64,000 nucleotides of DNA from NCBI GenBank assembly GCA_028534125.1, contig CM052816.1, positions 47,742,001 through 47,806,000 on the forward strand, written 5' to 3'. Within the stretch, counting starts at the first letter, position 1; each line of letters starts with the position of its first letter. Shown in pieces: positions 52,636 to 64,000 of this stretch. The notes under the pieces were generated by a model that searched no databases, was not told the origin of the DNA, and worked only from the letters and a program-made list of their open reading frames with translations. The translations under genes were made by a program, and so were the position numbers. This DNA comes from Lama glama (lineage: Eukaryota).

Positions 52636-53289
52636 TAAATAGTACAGAAATTGCAGAACAAACATTACTTATAGCAAAACATTCAAGCTTTGATTCTTTG
52701 TGTTAACACGTACTACTTTTTTCCCTAAGCCTGCCTTGTAAGAAGGTATTAACCTAATTCATACTGATGTGAATTGCTAAATCCTACTGCCGCCTGTTTC
52801 AGAAACAGGCTGGGAAAAGGTTTGCTACAAAGAACAAGACTGACTACAAGTAAATTGTGTACTCTAATTGAAAGAAAAAAATTTTAATAGATTTTTTTTT
52901 TCATTTACATGCAAAGTTTAGAAAGGAGGAGAAACCTAGAAAGTAGGAAGAAGGGACAGGGAAGCACCACAGAAAGATGACCACCGATACTATTTTTTCG
53001 TTCTTCTTATTCACACTGGGGAGAGCTGGGTGAAGAGAGTCACACACTTTAATCTTAAGGGCTTAAGTTTACGGTATATACTGTTTAGCCATTTTAGTCT
53101 TCTTTTCTTCTTTCTTAGATACATTCTTTTCTCAACAATCAATACTTTTAAAAGTACAAAAACTATCTCAAGCTATACTACTTACATATCTATTTTTTAA
53201 ATCCATTTTAGACTGTATTTTATTATGAGCTTCAAAAGTACATAAAGCACGCTTTTTTCCTTTAGAAAGCAATTTCTGTATCAACTTAC

Positions 53290-53366
53290 AGATATCAGGA
53301 TCTTTGCTTTTCTTTGTTTTATTACTAAGAGTTATTTCAAATCTGTTGATGTCAGGAGGAAGATCA
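53290..53366 (-). CDS. RASA1: RASA1 exon 15 (C2 domain)
   Basis: 77 nt, DLPPDINRFEITLSNKTKKSKDPDI(L); also visible inside ORF 53168..53452. Confidence 0.97.
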
Positions 53367-53865
53367 CTAAAAGAGCAAGGAGAAAAAGAATTAAGAAAAC
53401 GTCCTGGCATCAAATTATCTAATCCCTTTATTCCTATTAACAAATAAGCCACTTGTTTCTGCTACTAACCCAGCTGAATGTGCTAGATTTAAAACTAGAT
53501 TCAAAACACGCTTTATTATCTGGTGCACAGGAAGACAGACAAGCAAATCACATTTTCCCTAACATCTTCAACGTCCTTGAATAAATCCGGAAACACTAAA
53601 ACATTTCATACGTATATGTTAGTAAATGTTTTTGGATTTGTCAGTAACGGTAATTCACAGTAATAACTAGGTGAAAAACCAAGGACATAGCACTTTGAGG
53701 ATAAAAGTGAACAAATACAATAGAAAAAAATATATGTATTAATTAACATGTCTGGACTTGGCACCTTGTTCTAAATGGTTTAGATAGAGTCAAAAAAAAA
53801 AAAAGGAAAGAAAATGCATTATCATAGAAGAAAATCATCTGATATAATGATAAAATAAGACTTAC

Positions 53866-54023
53866 TCAAAGACAAACTCTTCTGACCACACGGGGTTTTG
53901 CCCTTCCCTTGCATGAGTTTTTGCTACCTGGACACTATTCAGGTAGATGTTACAATACGGATTAGTAAAATGTTTTACTGGGAGTTTATGGGCTTCTTCA
54001 ATATGTAAAACAAGACTGCTGAC
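53866..54023 (-). CDS. RASA1: RASA1 exon 14 (C2 domain)
   Basis: 158 nt, VSSLVLHIEEAHKLPVKHFTNPYCNIYLNSVQVAKTHAREGQNPVWSEEFVF(D). Confidence 0.97.
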
Positions 54024-54604
54024 CTAAAGAAAACACAAAATTGTTACCCCAGATTTCAAGAATTATGCATTAGGTTTCAAAGGCAATTATTATAAAATAA
54101 AAACCCCAAATGGTGACTTTTTTCCCCAGAAAATACCCATATGGTCCCTTTTTTCCCAGAAAACATGACCTTCAGTTGTATTTTCCCTTTTACAAGACAT
54201 AAGATACAACATTCAAGCATTTAATATAATTCTTCCCACTTACAGAAATGCAATTTTATTTTACAAGTTATTCCTCCAATTATATTCGTGAAGAAATAAT
54301 GAAATATACATTTTCTACTATGAAACAATGGTTCAGAGAAGATGAAGCTGAGATGAAGATTCTTTATTAATTTAAGTAAACAACTGCCACCACCCAAACC
54401 AAAATCTAATGTTATAGAATGTTCATATGGAAGATTTTATTTCTATATAGGGTTCTACAGTGAGAAAATACTTTCAAAACACTGATTCTACCTTCTCATT
54501 TTACAAAAAAGGATACAGATCCAAAGAAGCTAAGTTACTTTTCAATTTTAATACCAAAACTTAAACCATCTATCTTCCAGCATCAAGTTTTCTTTCCCTC
54601 TTTG

Positions 54605-54790
54605 CCACCTACTACTTGTGTGGCCTTGGACAAGTCAGTTTCTCTGAGCCTCACCTTCCTCAGATATAAAATAAGGATAAAATCAACACTGCAAGTTGCT
54701 GTCAAGATTAGAAATGATATGTACAGAAGCACAAAGAAGAATACCTGGCACATAAAAAGGGCTCAAGAGATGTCAGCTCTTATATTATGA
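54605..54790 (+). mobile_element. MIR SINE
   Basis: tgtgtggccttggacaagtcagtttctctgagcctcaccttcctc...taaaataaggataa...cctggcacata. Confidence 0.7.
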
Positions 54791-55004
54791 TTTCATCATA
54801 TTGTACCTACAAAAAATTTCGTGCCTAAAATTCCACACAAGATGCAATCTATAAAAATTCAATCTGATTTTCCATAGCTTACAAAGTGTTAAAATATGCT
54901 TTGAGAACACACAGCAATTATGAATATAATTAAACATTCCCAGGGAAAGGGGCAGAATTCCGGTTCTAGGGAATGTAACTACTTAACAGCCATCTAAATA
55001 ATGG

Positions 55005-55846
55005 CTAGAGCTGATCGAAGAATTCAGCAAGGTAGGTTACAAGATTAACGTTGAAAAATCAGTTGCATTTCTTTACACTAATGATGAATCAACAGAAAAA
55101 GAAAGTAAAGAAACAATGCCTTTAAAATAGCACCCAAAGTAATAAAATATCTAGGAATAAATCTAACCAAGGAGGTGAAAGAATTATACACAGAAACTAT
55201 AAACCACTGAAGGAAATTAAAGAAGACTCTAAAAAATGGAATGATATCCCATGCTCTTGGGTTGAAAGAATCAATATTGTTAAAATGGTCACACTGCCCA
55301 AGGCAATCTACAGATTTAATGCAATCCCTAGCAAATTACCCAGGACATATTTCACAGAACTAGAACAAATCATAATAAAATTTATATGGAACCATCAAAG
55401 ACCTAGAATTGCCAAAGCATTACTGAAGAGAAAGAAAGAGGCTGGAGGAATAACTCTCCCAGACTTCAGACAGTACTATAGAGCTGCAATCATCAAGACA
55501 GCCTGGTATTGGTACAAAAACAGACATATGGACCAATGGAACAGAATAGAGAGCCCAGAAATGAACCCACAAACTTTTGGTCAACTCATCTTCGACAAAG
55601 GAGGCAAGAATATACAGTGGAATAAAAACAGTCTCTTCAGCAAATGGTGTTGGGAAAACTGGACAGCAGCATGTAAAGCAATGAAGCTAGAACACTCCCT
55701 TACACCATACACAAAATTCAACTCAAAATGGATCAAAGACTTAAACATAAGACAAGATACAATAAACCTCCTAGAGGAAAATATAGGCAAAACATCTGAC
55801 ATACATCTCAAAAATGTTCTCCTAGAAGAAATAAAAGCAAGAATAA
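55005..55846 (+). mobile_element. LINE-1 ORF2 internal fragment (region C-terminal to the RT core)
   Basis: ORF 55285..55917 reads [12 protein letters not shown]...FIWN...[14 protein letters not shown]...[15 protein letters not shown]...[10 protein letters not shown]...[13 protein letters not shown], typical L1 ORF2; frameshifted L1 sequence continues upstream to ~55005. Confidence 0.95.
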
Positions 55847-56664
55847 TGACCATTTATGCACTTCCAATAGAATGGTATGTTAAATGCGCCGAGCTTACTG
55901 GAAATTCCCATAAATAAAACCAGAGCCACTTTGGTTGATAAATACTGTACCAAATTTTCCTCAAAACTCCAAGAATGTTAAGTTTATCTAACTTTTTCCA
56001 ACTATCTAGGGATAACTGAAAGAAAAAAAAAAGCAAAGAAATGGAGGGTATAAAGTTAACTTCACCCACCTAGGAAAAAAGAGAAAGCCTAGCTTAACTT
56101 TCCATAAATGAACACACAGGACGTGGTAGGTTTCAGATAAGACAGGATACTACCTATGAGTTATGCAATAGGTTTCAAAAGCAATTACTATAAAATACAA
56201 AACCCAAAAGTTCACTGGGATTAGTACTGTCAGTCAGATGATTTTTCAATAAATACCGTTAGTTCTACTTTTTTTTGATACAGGCCAAAATAATTTTTTG
56301 AAAAATTATATTCAAACACTACCAAACAGAATAGTTTCTGTTATTGTCGGTTTGGTATTGTTATTTTAAGTGGAAGAAAAAAAGGCCTTGGTATGTATTC
56401 AAAATGGCATTATGGACTAAGTAACCAGCAGGTATATAAAAAAAATTCTCTTTTGTAAAGAAATAACCATTTCTCCTGCTGCTGAAGGAAGTGGGAGCAT
56501 GGCTTTAAAATGCCTGAAAAGATTAACCTCTGTTAAGAATTCCAAAGTGTTTGAAATGTTGCCCAAAATAGTTCATACGGAAATAAAAATAAAGAACAAA
56601 GTGATAAAGCAAAACACAATTGCAAATTTGTGATAATCACAAATCAAAGAAAATGAAGTTTCAC

Positions 56665-56742
56665 CTGACGCAGGCGTTTATTAGATGTTCCTGGACTACT
56701 TTTCCGTAAATTGCAAAATGCCTGCAGACCTTTCATCCAATC
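56665..56742 (-). CDS. RASA1: RASA1 exon 13
   Basis: 78 nt, DWMKGLQAFCNLRKSSPGTSNKRLRQ, AG/GT boundaries. Confidence 0.97.
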
Positions 56743-58763
56743 CTACAAAAAAAAACCCAGCATTTCAAAGAAATATACTATACAGTAGTTTATGCAGTTT
56801 CCAATCCACAATCTCGCTTTTCTTCCCCAAATTCAAGTTTTTTTCCTTCTCTAGACTACAGTTTCTATACTCATTGAATATTCTGGCTTTAAATATACCT
56901 GTGCTCCAAAAAAGTAAAACAATTAGAATAATTCTGTAAAATACTGATTTTATTACTGCAGAATCACTAAATCTTAAGTACACCAACGAATGGCCACTTA
57001 TTAGCCAAAAAATAAAATTTAGATAGTTAAGCAGTTACACTTTGAGACACCCTAAAGCAGAATTTAACTTGATACATTTTGTGACCAGAGGGCTGGCTGA
57101 CTGCAAACCAACTGATAATGTGATGATTGATCTGATGACAAGCATTCGAATCTTTACCTTAGATCATGAAACAGGTAGAAATGTATAAGGGGTTCTGGGT
57201 TATTTATAAGCCTTTCAAATATAACATTAGCCTTACAAATATTTCAGTCTAATATTAAAATTAAACTGTAGCTATATTCTAAAATGTTTAGTACTCTGGA
57301 GAAAGGAGAACAATTTTAGGTTTATCAAAAATCTGGCACACGTTTCTAGAACATGTACTGTACTAGTGCTTCACTCACTTATGTCTTTAGTTTGTTGTCT
57401 ATTTCAATAAATCTAAATAAACTGTCACTTTTTAGGAAATGTCTTTAAAGTGTAACAAAGTAAGATTAAATCAATTACCATAGCTTTTAGAAATAAGAGA
57501 GAGGAAGCAGAGATCCCACAGGCCAACAAAGTAACGAAAACTGGAAATACTCATGGTATTTTTGCACTTTAAGTGATACATGGAAATACAGAACATGGAA
57601 AGAGTATATATAAATACAATAAGAAAATGTTCTATTTATACATCTAAGTGAAGCATGTAAAACATACTGAAAATATTACCAAGGTGTGTAACATCTTTAG
57701 AAAGAGAACATGGTAAAATAACTGAAAGGTAAGATACTGAAGTTTAAATTTCTTTTGTAACTCAATTTCCAAAATTAAAAAAAAAAAGTCTAAGTTACAA
57801 AAATATTCTGAGCCCTACTTATGCACCTAAAAATGAGGGATACATACGCACAAAACCAGGTTTCATGTGTGTTTTAAGTTAGTAATGGGTGTTCAATTGA
57901 GGTACTTTTTCAAGATTTGAAACATGATATTCAATTATGAGCCATAAAACATAACGGCTCATTCATCAAGTTTATTCTACAGTCTAAGTTTTTTCATAAT
58001 GTATGAGTCGGGGCCTGAGCCAGGATCCACAGTTTTAAGAGCTTCTGCTGCATATCCAGGGATGGCAAACTTTTTTCAGCAAAGTCACTTTCTTTCTCCT
58101 CTTAACTACTTTCAGGTTCCTTCCATAGAATATAAGCAGAAGTAGAGCCATATTTCTACAAAATACCACTAAACATCCCAGGAATTTTATGGTTCAAAGA
58201 AATCAAAGAATTTTTATAAGGAGATTTTTTAAAACATTTCTTCACAGAATTATTTAAAATTTAATTAAAGTTTTAAGGGCATTGCTAGTGCTGAAAGTAG
58301 ACATTATATTTAGACAAAGAAAAATAGAAAATTCCTCAAATATTTTCCTTGTGATGACTGAACTTCTATTTTTAGACAAGGAATTCACCCAGTAAAGAGT
58401 AACAATGCTTATTAGCAAAACTGACTGGCTTACCTTTTTGATTGTACTGAGAATATCTAGAACCTTTCTGCAGAGAGGATTTTAAATGAGCATGCTCAGT
58501 TGGACTCAACTCAACAGCATAGAGTATTTAAAGGTCAATTTAAAATGGAGTTTTTCTAATAACCCTTCGCTGCGTTTTTCTGCATTTCTTTCAAAAAAAT
58601 TTTTTTACACATGAAAGTTCTCATTCCTTAAAATAAAAAGATGATTAGATTTCAGGCATCCTTTTTATCACTTTATCTTAAATGCAGTAGTTTTCTATTC
58701 TAGTTAACAAAAAAGCATGGGCTAAATAAAAGTTTACAGTAGTTTATAAAACAATTAACTCAC

Positions 58764-58851
58764 CTCTGCTTGTTCTGGAGTTTCTCCTGCAAAATAGAAG
58801 ATGTAATGTTCTTCACTAAAGTGCTGAACCACTATCTGAAAACAGTTTGGC
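58764..58851 (-). CDS. RASA1: RASA1 exon 12 (PH domain)
   Basis: 88 nt, PNCFQIVVQHFSEEHYIFYFAGETPEQAE, AG/GT boundaries. Confidence 0.97.
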
Positions 58852-61800
58852 CTTTAAAATACAAACAAAAAAGTTATTAGAAGTTTTAAAAGTAGTACTA
58901 CAGCACTTACCCCAACTTGAGAAAAAAAAATCACAGAATAATTATATAATTTATATAAAATTAACACAATTCTTAATTTAGAGAAATTATCAAATGTACT
59001 AGATTACTGAAAAGAAAATGTCAACTGCATGTATTTTAGAAAGCTTTTTGTCTGCACTACTCAAACTTTATCAATCTCTCAGTTTAAAAGGAAGGAAAAA
59101 TCTTAAATATCCCAAGAAAGATGAAATACAGTACACCCTGAAGAGAAAAAAAAGATACATTATCTCTAAAAGAGAAGCAATTAGAATGACAAAATGTTGG
59201 GAGGTAGAAAATCTTTAAAATGCTGAAAGAAAATAATCACCAATCTAAAATTTAATGTCCAGCAAAAACATCCTTCCTAAATGTAGATTAGAACAATAAA
59301 TATTGCCACAGTAAAAGTCAGCCTAAGAAAAGATAAATGTGTAAAACTCCCATGAAAATATTCGCTACAGTAGTAACTCCCTGTGTGTATGAAAGTCAGA
59401 AGTTTAATATAAAGAAATACAATGCTTAGGGACCTGTTAATATACTGAAAATAATCTGGAAAAACTGGACAGCTGTGCAACTAAAGCTGCAGGGAAAACA
59501 GACAAAGGAGCAGCGCTGCCAGCAGTCCTTCACAGACGTGGCACGCACTCGGGCACCCCTGCTGGTGATGGCCACTAACTTTCAAATCAGACGTCACCTA
59601 AATGCTAAAGGCCAGGCAGCGTACTGAGTTCTATGCGTATCCAAAGCAAGAAATAAATATTCAATGACTGCTTCAATCTGATAGCACAACAAAGAATAAG
59701 ACAACAGCATTCACCTACGATTTCTACTTTTGTGGTATGACAGTCACACTATGATATATAATTTGATATCAACCAATTTTTCACTAGTCCTATTATCTGG
59801 TAGAGGTGTCTTCTTCCCTTCTGGGAAATACTGTGCTAATGCTGTTTTCCTTGGCATTCAGTGTTTCTTGGTTCTCCCCGGTTATTTCACACAAAAATAC
59901 GGTTGAAGGTAAACTGACATACTTTGGGAAAAAAGTCAGTTTTTTAAAATTAAAAACCTGTGCTTAGTTCCCACAGATATAGTAAGTCTTCATAATTCTT
60001 TTAGATTCGTATTATTCTGATTATAATAATAAGTATTACTAGTGAATCATTTTTAACCTCACTTTTCCAACGTCGAATTTCTGCTTTGAATCCCTAAGCA
60101 GTCTGAACACATTCGTATCTTTTTGTGTTGTACTTCTAAATTTGAGGAAGCTCACCTCTTCTTCAATCAGTCTGCAAAGTGAGAATCATTCAGCACAAAG
60201 TTTCTTCTTATGTATTATAAACTTTAGCAGAATTCTTCTTGTGGACAGCTTATGTACTTCAGTATAAAACAGCACAATGGTATTCTGATCCCATTTCCTC
60301 CCATAAAACTGAAAACACATGCAACTGAAGCAGCTTGGATTTTATCAGTCTCCATTCTGTAGTATTACTTGTTAATATTAATTCTATAATTACCTAATAA
60401 TTCTATAATGTAGAATTCAGCTCTACAGATAAACATTTACAAATAAGAGCATCTCAGTATTGCTTATTTTCCAGAATGAATTTTTGATATAAAAGTTTAA
60501 ATGTTCCTATCATGAAACTTTACCATTAATCACAAATTTAAATAAAATTTCCAAAGTATCTTTTTTGTTTCAAAGGATCTATTTACTGTTTTGAATACTT
60601 TACCCTTAATTTTTTTGGCACTTCTTTGCATGACCAATAATTTACTACCAAGCGTTTCTCTAATATTAGTCTATAGCTTCTCAGCCTGCAGTGAAAATGT
60701 AATCTCCGGATCTGTACACAGATGTGATTCACCAATGCATTTATTGATAATACTACATGAACGCAACCTAATACTATTTAAAGTGTTGTCTTTTTTGTTT
60801 CTTTGGCTTTTTGGCCTGAAATTTAGTCAACTTCCATGCTGACTAGTGAAACAATTTTCCAACTCTGTAAAATCTTTTGGCTTTAGCTTTAGCTATTAAC
60901 TGCATGATCTTCTAACAAATCTCCCAAGTGTAACATGATTCTGTAGGAACAGATCCAGGAGGGGACTGGGGGTGAGGGAGAAGAAACTTTTATTTGGAGC
61001 TTCCAGTTCTTTAGTGGTACAGTACCAACACAGTGTGCTTAGCACCAATGATTACTTCAACAGCTCGTATACAAATGAAATATTTAGGCTGAGGAAGAGA
61101 AGATTTACTGGGTTTAACTATCTAAATTCAGTACATTTCTTATCAAGTGGTCTAATGGGTTGAAATTGATTAAATTAAGGTTACTGATTTTATCTTGTGA
61201 ATTTAATGACTTTTCAGCTTTAATCACTAAACTGTCGTTTGTGAAAACAAATATCAGTACATTAAAACTGATCGTAAAGAGGCAGCAATAAAAAAAAGTC
61301 TAAATTAGGGTTTTTTAAAATTCCCTTATGAAAACAATTTTAACTTCTTTGTTAATAGAAAAAATGTAAAAACAAAATGAAACTAAATGTTACATATGAA
61401 CAAAGAAAGTAACTTCATTGATAATCAACATAAAAAACTATAACTAAAGTATATTCAAAGTAACTGAATGATCAAAGAAAGTCAGAGCAAAGTACTGAAG
61501 TATGGCCACTATTGAGAGCTCTCTGTCTACAAGTTTTATGTACCAATTCTTTTAACACAATAAAATAATGAATTAGAACAGCTTTTAAAGGGAGTCATAT
61601 AACTTTAAGTTGTATTATTTTTGAAATGTAACCAGTTCTTTTAATATTTTTATTACAATAACATTGTACAACCACCAATATCTCAAGGGACACCTATAAC
61701 TTATTCATGACTGGGAAGCTCTGCTCTAACCATCTAAATAATCCATACCTGTCCTCCAAGACTCAGCTTAAGAACCCTTATTCCGTATTTATCTCAATAA

Positions 61801-63274
61801 GCTTGTCCCCCAAATCTCCTCCTCTTGTAATGGTTCACAGCACTGATAAACTATTTGGTAGTGAAGTGTGTTCATCTCCGCAACATCCATTTCACGCCTC
61901 CACAGAGTACAGCAACCTAATCATCTGGGTGGGAGCACCTCCAACAGCAGGGCTGGGCACTCCGTGGCCTCACTTTGTGACAGTCATCCCACTCCTATGC
62001 TAAGTGACTTCAGGTGACCTAAGGCTAGAGACTCGTTTAGAGGCGGCTCAACAGTGCCTTCTCAGGGTTTTCAACAGGTACTGGAGAGAATGCTCACTTC
62101 TCCTTTCTCTAGTACTGTCTGCCACTCTGCTACCATGAAGGAAGCCGGTTTGTGAGAAGAATACAGTACACACAAAGGCAGGCAGAGCAGAATGATGAAA
62201 AGAAAAAGAGCCAGAAGTCTGACCCAACCATATCTGAAGGCCAAAATTCCCATGCTGTTAAGGGAGGGGAAAAAAGTCTTAAATCCTATCTCACTTAAAC
62301 TTTTTTTGCTTGTTTTTTTTTTTGGAACAGCTGTCTTTATGAGATATTAGGAAGTATTAAGATAAAAAAGAGGGAGAGAATTAAGGTCAAACGAATTCAT
62401 GAAATACTTCTGTTATACTCCCCTCTTAGTGATTCACCATATAAACATTGGCTAAAACTTCAAAATGCCCCACTGTAAGGAAAATTATTTGTTCAGTTCA
62501 GCATTTCCCAAACCTATTTGACCGTATAAAAAATTGACTGTTCACAAATAACACTAACATGATCTAACACAGTCTGAAAACAGAAATGACAAGGTTATAT
62601 GCTCTAAAGGCATTTCTCTTGAATTCTTCCCAACTTAAATAGGGTAAAACTAGATTTGCCTAGTAGAAATGCCATCCCGCAGCAGAAAAATTTAAGTTGT
62701 AAAAACACATGTTTTAATTGCCTTGTGTTTTACTAATCGTAACAGTAGGTAATAAAAGTGCTAGGTCTATCTAAAAAGACACTGGAATGGATCATTGATA
62801 ATACTAATGATGAAAGATAAAGGCCATGTTACAAAAAAGATAGATGTAATCAACAGTTGAATTTGCCTTCTGATGTTCAGAAGTTAGCTTTAGTTTATAC
62901 GTTTACATTTATTTAAAAAACTGTAACATTAATGTAAGAAAAAAGGTTTTAATTCCACATCTGAAATGCTCTCCTCTTTCCTACTGAAACAGTTGTTTTT
63001 GTACTACAATTGTTTCTTAATGTCAAATTTCTCAGGAATCAAGTTAATAGTACAACTGAGTGTCTCTAGTATCAGATGCACTGAGTTAACACAGAATTAT
63101 AAAACAGGGAAAAGATGACAAGACTCAAAGTAAGTCACTCAGACTGGTGGTAAGTGCACGGAGGAAACACACTACATACAGATAAAGTCTTGTAAGAAGA
63201 GATGCCATCCCAAGATTTCTATGTAACGCAGTGGAAATTCAGAGGCGGAAAGAAAAAAGAATGCAATTTCTTAC

Positions 63275-63431
63275 CTGCCAAAGAGACTATCATGAACAAC
63301 ATAGACAGAACACACGCTGAGATCTATTAATCCTTTTGGTTTTGTAGCTCGTTTCTCACTTTCAAAATAAATAAGTTGGGCATCACTGCCCTCTAAGATA
63401 AAATATAAATTTTTCCACCTTTTTCCTTTGC
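63275..63431 (-). CDS. RASA1: RAS p21 protein activator 1 exon 11 (PH domain)
   Basis: Minus strand: ttttaacag|, 157 nt, KGKRWKNLYFILEGSDAQLIYFESEKRATKPKGLIDLSVCSVYVVHDSLFG(R), |gtaaga; upstream exons lie beyond the window. Confidence 0.97.
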
Positions 63432-64000
63432 CTGTTAAAAAAAAGATTATTTTCCCTTAGCCAAATAATTAACTGAAGTCACATATGTTAAAATCATAAA
63501 AATTATCACTGCTAAATATAAAAATTAAATATATTTTCATTTTTATTTCAAAGCTTTAGTAACACAACAGTCCTTATAGAACGAGCAATGTCTAATTTAT
63601 CTGTAGGAAAATACCTTGTTATATTACTTATTTTAATGAATCACAGAGCAAGTGATAAAGGTACCTTAACTATATCTTCAGAGGCTTCATTATGATAAAA
63701 TCTTTAAAATTCTTGCTTAGCATCAATTCCTTTCCAGTCATAAGGGAAAAAACAAAACAAAACAAAACAAAAAAAAAACCTCTTTCACTAACCATGGGCG
63801 CCTCCAACTCCCTAACATTTCTTAATGCCAAACTGAGGCAAATATATAAAATAGAAACAGCGATACCAGAATGTGCCAAGTTTTTCTTTTTTTCTCTTAA
63901 AGGTCTGGGGTAAGAGAGCAGGCAAAGAATCAGACACCTTGCACTGGAATTGGCCTCAGGATTTAAAAACAATACATGGAAATATTTGTTTCCTAAAACT

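Noticed and set aside
55285..55917. 210-aa ORF as a host gene
   Set aside because: It is a LINE-1 ORF2 fragment, frameshifted upstream and running into unique intronic sequence downstream

Overview
Mammalian genomic DNA, probably camelid (one tRNA-Ala-derived SINE resembles the camelid vic-1 family, and I saw no Alu, Bov-tA/BovB or PRE1-type elements). The window holds two convergent, tail-to-tail genes. On the + strand is the complete 9-exon CCNH (cyclin H) gene: CpG-island promoter at about 17.1-17.7 kb, ATG at 17368, TAA ending at 35986, and a spliced CDS of 972 nt (323 aa). On the - strand are the last 15 coding exons of RASA1 (p120 RasGAP; PH, C2 and RasGAP domains; exons 11-25 by human numbering, 63431 to 38599) and a microRNA-site-rich 3' UTR. 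All introns are GT-AG and both reading frames stay open across the splice junctions. The first ~17 kb is intergenic DNA with old interspersed repeats. Most short ORFs in the track are spurious. I found no convincing new biological system. The most interesting observations are the unusual CCNH 3'-end/RASA1 terminator zone, several unexplained short duplications, an atypical tail-less L1 fragment and nested transposon insertions. Repeat family names and comparisons to human come from recalled consensus sequences, not from searches.
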